Positions 18,758 through 27,014 are shown, counted from the first letter of the stretch. The stretch: DNA of 38,400 bases from Candidatus Bathyarchaeota archaeon (GCA_020350385.1 CP070714.1:581861-620260); one strand, 5' to 3'. Numbers and translations: made by a program. The notes: generated from the sequence alone by a model not told the origin.

Positions 18758-19750
18758 ATGAAAATAAAAATGACCGCCACAACCGAAAACAAACTCGAAA
18801 TCCTAAACTACGACGACAAAACAAAAACCTTCACCGTAAAATCTCCACAGACAGGGCACATCTGCAAAATCGTAGATACTTTTGCAGAAATGTTTCCCCT
18901 CTGGGCAGGACGCATTGTCATTACGGCAGAAAACGAAAAATGGGCACTAACCGCCGCCAGCGTGGCAACAGGCTTCGCCACAAGCGTCATCATGGCACCA
19001 GCTGAAGCCGCCATCGAAGCGGCAGTACCAGCCGACCAGACACCAGACAACCGTCCCGGAGTACTCATTCAAATCTACAACCGCGATCGCTTCGAACTCA
19101 AAAATCAACTCTTGGAACGCATCGGCCAATGCATAATGACCTGCCCCACAACTGCAGCTTTTAATGGCTTGCCAAAAGCTAAAAGAAAATTAAAGGTTGG
19201 CAGAAGCCTACGCTACTTCGGCGACGGCTTCCAAAAAAAAGCTATGATTGGCAACCGAAAATGCTGGAAAATCCCAGTCATGGAAGGCAACTTCATAGTT
19301 GAAGACAGCTTCGGAGCCCAAGAAGCCGTAGCAGGCGGAAACTTCCTTATACTAGCCCAAGGCAAAGCCTCAGGACTCAAAGCAGCAGTAGAAGCAATCA
19401 ATGCCATCAAAGCCAAAACAACCGACGTAGTCATGCCCTTCCCAGGCGGAATCTGCCGCGCAGGCTCCAAAGCAGGCAGCCTCAAATACAAACTCAAAGC
19501 CTCTACATACCACACATATTGCCCCACATTGAAAAGCCTCGTACCCGATACGCAAGTCCCAGAAAACGTAAACAGCGTCTACGAAATCGTCATTAATGGT
19601 TTGACTCTTGACGCAGTCAAAAACGCTGTCAAACAAGGCGTAAACGCAGCCGCAAGCACTCCGGGTGTAGTGAAGATTTCAGCTGGTAACTACGGCGGAA
19701 AACTTGGTCCTTTCAAAGCGTTCTTGAAAGAAGCGATAGAAGCGCCCTAA
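18758..19750 (+). CDS. ftr: formylmethanofuran--H4MPT N-formyltransferase
   Basis: Colinear with remembered Ftr sequences: DTFAEMF, RPGVLIQIYN, FGDGFQKK, AGGNFLILAQ, PFPGGICRAGSKAGS, VNSVYEIVINGL and ISAGNYGGKLGPF. The start is ambiguous (TTG 18734, ATG 18758 or ATG 18770). Any of these leaves a roughly 30-aa N-terminal extension relative to methanogen Ftr. Confidence 0.93.
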   Translation: MKIKMTATTENKLEILNYDDKTKTFTVKSPQTGHICKIVDTFAEMFPLWAGRIVITAENEKWALTAASVATGFATSVIMAPAEAAIEAAVPADQTPDNRPGVLIQIYNRDRFELKNQLLERIGQCIMTCPTTAAFNGLPKAKRKLKVGRSLRYFGDGFQKKAMIGNRKCWKIPVMEGNFIVEDSFGAQEAVAGGNFLILAQGKASGLKAAVEAINAIKAKTTDVVMPFPGGICRAGSKAGSLKYKLKASTYHTYCPTLKSLVPDTQVPENVNSVYEIVINGLTLDAVKNAVKQGVNAAASTPGVVKISAGNYGGKLGPFKAFLKEAIEAP

Positions 19751-19829
19751 CCTCTTTTTGAAGTAGCAACTTTTATCTTAACCGCCACAACGTAACTCAT
19801 GGCAAAAAAAGATTCATAAGTGAAAACTA

Positions 19830-21095
19830 TTGAGCACCGCAAAAAAATCGTCACTTGAACTTTTCAGACTGAGAAAAACACTACAAGCACTTGCAAGCAA
19901 AGAAGGGCGCGCCACAGAGCTGATTACGCTCTACGTTCCACCAGGAAAGCAGATAAGCGACGCCCTAAATATGCTCCGAGACGAATACGGCACAGCTTCA
20001 AATATCAAATCCACAACCACACGCAAGAATGTTCAAGAAGCCATCGTAAAAGTGCAACAGCGTCTTAAGCTTTTCAAAGCGCCTCCAGAAAACGGGCTGG
20101 TTATTTTCTGCGGAGCTATACCTCAGAATGGAGCAGGCAGTGAACGTATGGAGATTTACGTAGTAGTGCCGCCTGAACCTATCAGGATTTACCTGTACCG
20201 TTGCGATTCCAGATTCCACACCGAATACTTGCTGGAACTCCTAAGAGAAAAAGAAACATACGGCATACTCCTCATAGACGCCTCAGGCGCCACAATCGCC
20301 ACACTTCAGGGCAAAAGACTAAAAATAGTTAGACAAATGACCTCAGGAGTCCCAGGTAAAACCCGCGCAGGCGGTCAATCAGCCCGAAGATACGAACGCC
20401 TGAGAGCCATGAGACTCCAAGAGTATTTTAGCCGCGTAGGTCAACATGCCGACGAAATCTTCCTGCCCATAGAAACACTGAAAGGTCTAATAATTGCAGG
20501 GCCAGGACCAACAAAATACGACTTCGAAAAAGGCGATTACCTAAATTACATGCTAAAAAACAGGATAATCGACACTATTGACACGGCTTACGTGGAAGAG
20601 CAAGGCGTAAAAGAAGTGGTGGAAAAAGCGCCTGAAATAATGCGCAAAGTCCGATATATAGAAGAAAAACAGATAATGCAGCAGTTCCTCTACGAAGTCG
20701 GCCACGACACTGGAATGATAACCTATGGCGAAGCCGAAGTCAGAAAAGCACTTGAAGCAGGCGCGGTTCGAACACTCTTGATCTCAGAAAACATTGATCT
20801 ACTGCGCGTAACAGTCAATTGCAGCGCGTGTGGCTACGAGGAAAAATACACAATCAAAAGCCAAAAACTGACAGAGTTTGAGCAGGCCTTGTCTGGAAAA
20901 CCGTGCCCAAAGTGTCAAGCGCCATCCCTGTCTATAGTAGATGAGCAGGACATAATCAACGACTTGGCGCAGTTGGCCGAAAATGCAAATACTGATGTAG
21001 AGATAATTTCTACCGAGACAGAAGAAGGACAAATGCTCAAGAACTCTTTCGGAGGAATAGCGGCTATCCTAAGGTTTAAAATGCAGGGTAGCTAA
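19830..21095 (+). CDS. prf1: peptide chain release factor aRF1
   Basis: NIKS motif (TASNIKSTTTRKN) and GGQ motif (RAGGQSARRYERLR). TTG 19830 is the only start codon downstream of the in-frame stop at 19821 that keeps the conserved N-terminus. Confidence 0.95.
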   Translation: MSTAKKSSLELFRLRKTLQALASKEGRATELITLYVPPGKQISDALNMLRDEYGTASNIKSTTTRKNVQEAIVKVQQRLKLFKAPPENGLVIFCGAIPQNGAGSERMEIYVVVPPEPIRIYLYRCDSRFHTEYLLELLREKETYGILLIDASGATIATLQGKRLKIVRQMTSGVPGKTRAGGQSARRYERLRAMRLQEYFSRVGQHADEIFLPIETLKGLIIAGPGPTKYDFEKGDYLNYMLKNRIIDTIDTAYVEEQGVKEVVEKAPEIMRKVRYIEEKQIMQQFLYEVGHDTGMITYGEAEVRKALEAGAVRTLLISENIDLLRVTVNCSACGYEEKYTIKSQKLTEFEQALSGKPCPKCQAPSLSIVDEQDIINDLAQLAENANTDVEIISTETEEGQMLKNSFGGIAAILRFKMQGS

Positions 21096-21373
21096 AAATT
21101 ATCTGGCATGCAAAACTGTTTCACTTCGCTTTTTGCAACGCCTGTTATGAGCAGTCTATATTGGTTGGAAGTTAATCCTGAAACAAGCTCAACTTTGGCG
21201 TGAAAAAGCTTTAAAAACTCCCTTACAAGTCCTTTGTTCACCTTATCTCTAACAGGTTTTTCCGTTCAGAAAACCAATATGCTATCATCGTCAATGGCTA
21301 TTTCGAACTTCTGAGAATTCGGTTTTACCAACACTTCGATTATTGCGCCATCTTTCGTATCGCTTGAGTTCAT
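21092..21373 (-). pseudogene. DUF167/YggU-family gene interrupted by one in-frame TGA (21266-21268)
   Basis: Hand translation gives MNSSDTKDGAIIEVLVKPNSQKFEIAIDDDSILVF*TEKPVRDKVNKGLVREFLKLFHAKVELVSGLTSNQYRLLITGVAKSEVKQFCMPDNF. It matches the DUF167 pattern (V.V.P......l.v.v..PV.GKAN.eL..FL...f...Ve.vsG.tS..k.l.I.G). Its ATG overlaps the topoisomerase IB stop as ATGA. Both halves are under 60 aa, so they are absent from the ORF track. Confidence 0.6.
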
Positions 21374-22998
21374 ACGACCGCGCACTCAACCTCAGCTTCA
21401 GCTTCACTGCTCCCCAAAGCCCAGCTGAACTTCTTTCGCAATGCTTTAGGATAAAACTTGTCCAAGTCGAAGTCCACTGATCGTGCCCATTTCACGTACG
21501 CTGTGGGGTCAATGTAGGACTTGAGCGATGTGCCCAAATTGTATTCTTTGGTGCGAGTCGCCAATTCTATATCAAGCTTGGTCTTTTCAATTCTGGTTTC
21601 GAGAGAGACGGTTTTTTTGCCTTCAGCCTTCTTCTGTTCCAACTGTGCTTCCAGTTTTTTAAGCTTAGCTTCTTTTTTTGCTAACCTCTCCTCAAATTTA
21701 GGTGAAACCTTACGTTTGTGATTAGCCACCTCAGCCACTTTTAAATTTGCCATTTTCGCATGGAACTTTTTCAGGTGAACTGGATCTTCCTTTGTTACTC
21801 TATTCTTAGCCAACTCTTCCTTCACGGTTTTTGTACATCGCCAAGTGCGGAAAACTTTGGCTGTTAATCCAAGCATTTTTTGGGAAAGAAACCTAGAAAC
21901 CTTTTTGGAGTCAACGCCCTCGAAGAGATATTCTTTGCTGGTTTTTGCGTAGTGCTTGATGTTTCTGATAACTGATCGTGTAGCTTTCACGCTTTTTTCC
22001 CATCTAACGCAGTCTTTTCCTAAGAAGTCGAAGTGTAAAGTGGCGCCGTCAATTTTGATGTGCTCGGATCTTAATGTTATTGCGCCAACGGTGTCGGCTT
22101 CGTCTGGATCTTTTTCGTCACCAACCCTCATGTTAGGCTTGAGGATAAGCCAGCACACTGTAGCGACTTTTCTTTTCATTTCGTCTTTGACGTCGAGGTT
22201 CTTGATTATGTGCCGTTCAATTGCCTTGATGTGCTTGCCAAGTTTCTCTGCTTTCTTAAACTTGTCTTTTTCGCGGTTTTGCTTGATAAACGCTGAGTCG
22301 GAAAACCAAACGTACTTATTTTTTCCAGTGAGTTTGTCGGTCCACTTGGCAACGTACATCTTGTCAGGTTCCCAAATTATGTCTTTCCAGTTTCCAAGCG
22401 GTCTTGGACTGCCTGGAGAAAGGTTAAGGATTATGTCTTCCTCGCTAGGACCTTCTTTCCATTTGCCTCGTCTAGGATGGTCACCACGTCCAACAAAGAG
22501 ACACGAGGGTTCTGAGGTCCAGTTGGCTATTTCCAGTTTTTTCCCATTAACCGTAGCGTAACCGTATTTTTCTTTCCGTTTTAAGCGGATAGCCTTGCGT
22601 TCAGCAGCCTGCTTTTTCTTCTCGGCTTGGCTCATGTTTAGTTTTTTCTGTTTTTCACTATCTAAGTATTTTGAGACTTCTAAAAAATCGATTGCAGGGT
22701 CAATTGGCGCGGCATTCTTTATCTTTTCTAGGTAATTAGCAGAGAAAGACATCAGGAAATCCAGCGATGGGTTCTCTTGTTTTAGTTGCTCCAAGAATTC
22801 TTGCATGAAGTTCTTTTCGAAAACTTCGTCTGGTGGCGATAGGGTTGATTGTTTTTTACGTATCCATGCGATAGCGATCTGCTCGCTTTTCGGCTTTAGC
22901 TTTATTACTTGTCCTTGAATATTGATTTTGAAACCCTTGTAATCATAAGATGGAACGCAGATTCCATTGTGCTTCAGGCTTTTCATAACTTGTTTCAT
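21370..22998 (-). CDS. eukaryote-type DNA topoisomerase IB
   Basis: LFVGRGDHPRRGKWK, WTDKLTGKNKYVWFSDSAFIKQNREKDKF, RVGDEKDPDEADTVGAITLRSEHI and the catalytic-Tyr region LGTSLKSYIDP are colinear with the eukaryotic Top1 core and C-terminal domains. Confidence 0.93.
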   Translation of the reverse strand: MKQVMKSLKHNGICVPSYDYKGFKINIQGQVIKLKPKSEQIAIAWIRKKQSTLSPPDEVFEKNFMQEFLEQLKQENPSLDFLMSFSANYLEKIKNAAPIDPAIDFLEVSKYLDSEKQKKLNMSQAEKKKQAAERKAIRLKRKEKYGYATVNGKKLEIANWTSEPSCLFVGRGDHPRRGKWKEGPSEEDIILNLSPGSPRPLGNWKDIIWEPDKMYVAKWTDKLTGKNKYVWFSDSAFIKQNREKDKFKKAEKLGKHIKAIERHIIKNLDVKDEMKRKVATVCWLILKPNMRVGDEKDPDEADTVGAITLRSEHIKIDGATLHFDFLGKDCVRWEKSVKATRSVIRNIKHYAKTSKEYLFEGVDSKKVSRFLSQKMLGLTAKVFRTWRCTKTVKEELAKNRVTKEDPVHLKKFHAKMANLKVAEVANHKRKVSPKFEERLAKKEAKLKKLEAQLEQKKAEGKKTVSLETRIEKTKLDIELATRTKEYNLGTSLKSYIDPTAYVKWARSVDFDLDKFYPKALRKKFSWALGSSEAEAEVECAVV

Positions 22999-23129
22999 TT
23001 GTCAATCCTCTCAGAACGCGTTGGGTTCCATCTCCATACCTTTTTCACTTTTTCGGGTTTATACGTTGAGCTTCACTTTTCACTCTTTCCGTTACTTAAA
23101 AACTTTGAGAATTAATTTCAATTATTAGC

Positions 23130-23534
23130 TTATAAACAAGGCTCGTATTCTTTGGAAAACCTAGCCTGTTGCAGCTTCTTGTAAAGTTGCTCCACGGTTT
23201 TACGGTCAATGTAACCTTTGTGAGGGCGGAAACCCCCTGAGAAACCAGCTGGGATGTGTAAGAGTTCATGGATCAGGGTTTTCTCCTTTTCTTCTTTGGG
23301 CATTTTGTCAAAAGTCTCAGATATGACTTCGATGGTGTAGGATGGAGGAAGGTTTAGCGCTTCTTGCCAGATTTTGCCTAGACCGTGGATCCGGGCTATT
23401 GTGCGTCTAGCTTTGGAGCCTTTACTTCTAACGCAGAAAAGGAATTGGGGCACAACATGATAAAGATCCAGATCAGACGCAATTTCATCTATTTGCTTTT
23501 TGATACCTGGGGCTAAATAGTATTTTATGGGCAT
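23130..23534 (-). CDS. small putative zinc metallopeptidase (HExxH; COG4900-like)
   Basis: A 134-aa protein with LIHELLHIP (HExxH) followed by GGFRPHKGY. The size and motif layout match small archaeal predicted metallopeptidases. Confidence 0.7.
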   Translation of the reverse strand: MPIKYYLAPGIKKQIDEIASDLDLYHVVPQFLFCVRSKGSKARRTIARIHGLGKIWQEALNLPPSYTIEVISETFDKMPKEEKEKTLIHELLHIPAGFSGGFRPHKGYIDRKTVEQLYKKLQQARFSKEYEPCL

Positions 23535-23774
23535 AGTCTCATCTTCAGGTTTAATAGGTGATTTGGGCTTTTTGAGTTAAAAAGTTTACAAGTCAATCAC
23601 GTTACGTTAAGGCGCGATTCAGCGGTATTCTGCGGTGACTATACCTCTTTATATAAAGACCAATGGTTGACTGATATACTCTTTCCGAGTCTTTACCCCT
23701 CTATCTTTTTTGGCGTGTTTTTGGAGTGAAAAACTGAGGGCTTTCTTGGAAGGTCAAGGCTTGCTGCTTTTGGC

Positions 23775-24185
23775 TTAAAAGCTGCGCAGGACGATCATGG
23801 TATTGGTTTTCATGATACCTTCTACTCTGCGGATTTTCTCTACGCACTCGTTGACTTCAACAACGTTCATCCCGCTTATAACCACCACAATATCATATTC
23901 GCCCGTCACTTCATAGACAGTTTCCACGTTCGGAATCGCCCGTATCCTTTTGGAAACTTCCTTAGTTGGAAAAGAAGGATTAGACGCAAGCAAAGTGATA
24001 GCTTCAGCGCCTTCTGCAACTCCTATTTTGACGGTGAACTTTTTTATCACACTGGAATCGACAAGCACCTTAATTCTTTTCCTGACAGCGCCTTCGGATA
24101 AGCCGACCTTCTTGCCAATAGCGCCGTAGCCCGCTCGCCCATCATCCTTCAGTATCCGCAATATCTGTTTGTCCTTGTCGTCCAT
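23775..24185 (-). CDS. Lrp/AsnC family transcriptional regulator (LysM-like position)
   Basis: N-terminal HTH DKQILRILKDDGRAGYGAIGKKVGLSEGAVRKRIKVL plus a C-terminal RAM domain (VTGEYDIVVV). It is divergent from lysW. Confidence 0.9.
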   Translation of the reverse strand: MDDKDKQILRILKDDGRAGYGAIGKKVGLSEGAVRKRIKVLVDSSVIKKFTVKIGVAEGAEAITLLASNPSFPTKEVSKRIRAIPNVETVYEVTGEYDIVVVISGMNVVEVNECVEKIRRVEGIMKTNTMIVLRSF

Positions 24186-24330
24186 CTCTGTTTCCCTATT
24201 TGTTCTAGGTTGCGGAAAAATTTAACGATTTCTGTAGCTCACTGCATTTGTCTAACGCGGATTCCGTTACAGTTTGCGCCTTGTAGTGCCGTTTTCGGAA
24301 AGTGTAAAAATAGGCAGAACATGGAAGTTT

Positions 24331-24387
24331 GTTCCAAATGGAACATTAAAAGCTTAATATGTTACAAATAAGTCGCAACGTTTAAAA
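24331..24387 (+). promoter_or_regulatory. conserved promoter/operator element, copy A (upstream of lysW)
   Basis: GTTCCAAATGGAACATTAAAAGCTTAATATGTTACAAATAAGTCGCAACGTTTAAAA is 50/57 identical, without gaps, to 34639-34695. It contains two BRE/TATA-like boxes and the inverted repeat GTTCC-AAAT-GGAAC. Confidence 0.7.
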
Positions 24388-24437
24388 GAAAGACGCGCCA
24401 ACAAGAGAGACATTTCCAACAAAAAACGTGGTAGCAA

Positions 24438-24659
24438 ATGATTAAACAAGGTGCAAGTTTAAGACCACCAGAGGTGAAGGTAATTAACATAACTAAATGC
24501 CCCGACTGTGACGCAGAACTTAACATTCCAGCAGACACTGAGAAAGGAGAAATTCTAAGCTGCCCAGGCTGCGGACTCGAACTCGAAGTAAAACAAATAA
24601 AAGGCGGATGCGTCGACCTTCAAGAACTAATCATAGAAGGAGAAGACTGGGGCGAATAA
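24438..24659 (+). CDS. lysW: amino-group carrier protein LysW/ArgW
   Basis: Zinc ribbon CPDCDAEL...CPGCGLELEV and the diagnostic acidic C-terminus EGEDWGE. The N-terminus is about 15-20 aa longer than typical, so GTG 24474 is a possible alternative start. Confidence 0.9.
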   Translation: MIKQGASLRPPEVKVINITKCPDCDAELNIPADTEKGEILSCPGCGLELEVKQIKGGCVDLQELIIEGEDWGE

Positions 24660-24750
24660 ACGTATTCACCAAACAGTCTTCTAACCTGAAACATGAATAT
24701 GCTGCCAAAATTCTTTAAGCAACATATTTTCTACGGGATGCAGAGAACTA

Positions 24751-25929
24751 ATGAGCATAGCACTTCTATATGAACGATCAGAAACGGATGAAATGGGCAT
24801 AAAACTCACCGCAGAAAAACTAGGTATACCCCTCACATACATCCCATTCCGAAAAATCGGCCTTTCCATCCACAAAAACCAATTTATAGCCAAAACTAAA
24901 GGCAAAGACTACACCAGCGCAGTCAAAAATACCGCCGTGGTGCTGAACAGAGCACAGAGCAAAAACCGAAGACTCCAAGCATCATACATAATGGAAACGC
25001 TCGGGAAAAAAACCATAAACACTAGCCAAATCGAATTCATATGCTACAGCAAGCTCAGGACCTTGCTACACTTCTGGGCAGAAGGGATTCCAATTCCAAA
25101 AACGGTTTACATTCCCTGCGACTCCTATGACACTACCAAAGACGGAAAAGAGATCCACAACGAAAAAGACATCGCGGATCTGCTGCAGTACGAAATATCC
25201 TCCGATGAAGGAATCGTGATAAAACCCGACGCTGGCACACATGGAAAAGGAACTCTACTATCCAAAAACCGAGAACAACTCATCACCAACATCCAAGAAA
25301 CAAAACCATCAATAATAAATCCCGTAGGCATAGTTGCCCAAGAACTCATAAAAAAATGGTTTTTCGATTTACGAATAATAATTTCAAAAGAAAAAGGCAA
25401 GTCGCCCGTTTGCCACCCCGTGGCTTTAGCGAGAGGCGGCTTTAAAGACTTCAGAACAAACACCTATCTGGGCAACCTAGTCTTTGATGCCAAACTTCCA
25501 TTACATGTTATGGAGTTGGCAGTGAAATGTGGCAAAGCCCTTGGCAAAGAACAATCGGCGTGGCTCTTCGCCTTGGACGCAATGGTTAACGTTGGAGAAA
25601 ACAAAATTGTGGATGATGATGAGCTTAAATCGGAACTCGAAAAGGCAACTATGGCGTTTGAAAACGTAAGAAAAATCAAGCAGGACCAAACCAGACTGCG
25701 AGATTTTCCCGTTTGGAACAGCAAATTAGAAGCAGCATTCCAGAATTACATGAGCACCGCGCCTTACAAAAAAGTCAAAAGCATAATCGAAGAGAGCATA
25801 GAAAAAAACAAGTACGACATCGTCTTTCACGAAACAAATTCCTGCCCTGAATTCTGGGAACACACGCGGCTAATCGCCGGAATCAACGTTGCAGTACCTC
25901 TCTTGAAAGGTGCTCAAAGCCTAATCTAA
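24751..25929 (+). CDS. lysX: RimK-type ATP-grasp ligase LysX/ArgX (amino acid--LysW ligase) with a large insertion
   Basis: IALLYERSETDEMGI, VIKPDAGTHGKG, AQELI...FDLRIII, FRTNTYLGN and ALDAM...FHETN are colinear with LysX. At 392 aa it is longer than the roughly 280 aa typical. Confidence 0.85.
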   Translation: MSIALLYERSETDEMGIKLTAEKLGIPLTYIPFRKIGLSIHKNQFIAKTKGKDYTSAVKNTAVVLNRAQSKNRRLQASYIMETLGKKTINTSQIEFICYSKLRTLLHFWAEGIPIPKTVYIPCDSYDTTKDGKEIHNEKDIADLLQYEISSDEGIVIKPDAGTHGKGTLLSKNREQLITNIQETKPSIINPVGIVAQELIKKWFFDLRIIISKEKGKSPVCHPVALARGGFKDFRTNTYLGNLVFDAKLPLHVMELAVKCGKALGKEQSAWLFALDAMVNVGENKIVDDDELKSELEKATMAFENVRKIKQDQTRLRDFPVWNSKLEAAFQNYMSTAPYKKVKSIIEESIEKNKYDIVFHETNSCPEFWEHTRLIAGINVAVPLLKGAQSLI

Positions 25930-25955
25930 TCATTATATTCATGAGGTGAAAAAGG

Positions 25956-27008
25956 TTGAGAACAGGAATAATTGGCGGTTCAGGCTATGTCGGCGGAGAA
26001 CTCCTGCGCTTATTGTTACTCCATCCGCAGACAGAAGTCACAATGGTTACTTCTCGCCAGAACATAGGAGAATATGTTTTCAATGTGCACCCAAACCTCC
26101 GCGGACTCACACAGTTGAAATTTGGTCCCCTAGATATCGCCGAACTTCAAAATAACTGCGACCTCGTATTCACTGCAACACCCCACGGAGAAGCAGTAAA
26201 CCTCGTTCCAAAACTTCTAGAAGCTGGGTTGAAAGTCATTGATATGAGCGCAGACTTCCGCCTCAAAAACCCTGATGATTACGACAAATGGTACGATTGG
26301 AAACATGCCAGCCCGCAATTGTTAAAAGAAGTCGCGTACGGCTTACCCGAGCTTCACCGGCAAGAGATAAAAGGCGCTCGTTTGGTAGCCTGCCCCGGCT
26401 GTATGGCAACAGCCACAATCCTCGCCTTAGCCCCAGTAGTAAAGGCAGATCTTGTCGAAAAGAATAGGATAGTAGTGGATGTAAAAATCGGTTCTTCGGG
26501 AGCAGGCAGAAAACCAACAATTGCTTCACATCATCCTGAACGGTTTGGCGGAGTGAGACCATACAAGGTGGCAGGACACAGACATCTCGCGGAAATAGAA
26601 CAGGAACTCAACAACCTAACAAGCGAACCAGTGACCGTCTCGTTCACTCCGCACGCAGTCAACATGGTAAGAGGCATACTCTCAACCATTCACGTTTTCC
26701 CCAAAGCCCCACTAACAAACAAAGACGTCTGGAAGACGCTCCGTTCAATGTACGAAGGCGAACCCTTCATACGTTTCGTTAAGTATCAGAAGGGCCCGTA
26801 TAAACTCCCAGACCCAAAAGTTACCATGGGAACAAACTTCTGTGACATAGGCTTCGAGCTGGACCCGCACGCAAACAGACTCATATTTTTCTCGGCAATA
26901 GACAACATGATTAAAGGAGCGTCAGGCCAAGGCGTCCAATGCCTCAACATACTCATGGGCATAGACGAGAAAACTGGCTTAAAAAGCACTGGCTTTCATC
27001 CAATGTGA
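25956..27008 (+). CDS. argC: N-acetyl-gamma-glutamyl-phosphate / LysW-aminoadipyl-phosphate reductase
   Basis: IIGGSGYVGGELLRLL, active-site ACPGCMATA and IDNMIKGASGQ. The start is TTG, 6 nt after GAGGTGA. Confidence 0.93.
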   Translation: MRTGIIGGSGYVGGELLRLLLLHPQTEVTMVTSRQNIGEYVFNVHPNLRGLTQLKFGPLDIAELQNNCDLVFTATPHGEAVNLVPKLLEAGLKVIDMSADFRLKNPDDYDKWYDWKHASPQLLKEVAYGLPELHRQEIKGARLVACPGCMATATILALAPVVKADLVEKNRIVVDVKIGSSGAGRKPTIASHHPERFGGVRPYKVAGHRHLAEIEQELNNLTSEPVTVSFTPHAVNMVRGILSTIHVFPKAPLTNKDVWKTLRSMYEGEPFIRFVKYQKGPYKLPDPKVTMGTNFCDIGFELDPHANRLIFFSAIDNMIKGASGQGVQCLNILMGIDEKTGLKSTGFHPM

Positions 27009-27014
27009 TCAATT

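Noticed and set aside
21203-21218. BRE/TATA-like AAAAGCTTTAAAAA as a promoter
   Set aside because: It lies inside the DUF167 coding frame (encoding EFLKLF), with no downstream + strand gene. It is probably coincidental.
21266-21268. In-frame TGA of the DUF167 gene as selenocysteine or a reassigned codon
   Set aside because: Neighbouring genes (topoisomerase IB, lysA, argB) terminate at TGA. The aligned position is a hydrophobic strand residue rather than a redox Cys, and I saw no SECIS-like structure. A nonsense mutation or a sequencing error is more parsimonious.
24693-24773. 26-codon ORF (MNMLPKFFKQHIFYGMQRTNEHSTSI) in the lysW-lysX spacer as a regulatory leader peptide
   Set aside because: It has no enrichment for Arg, Lys or Glu codons and no alternative hairpins typical of attenuation. 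It also overlaps the lysX start out of frame.
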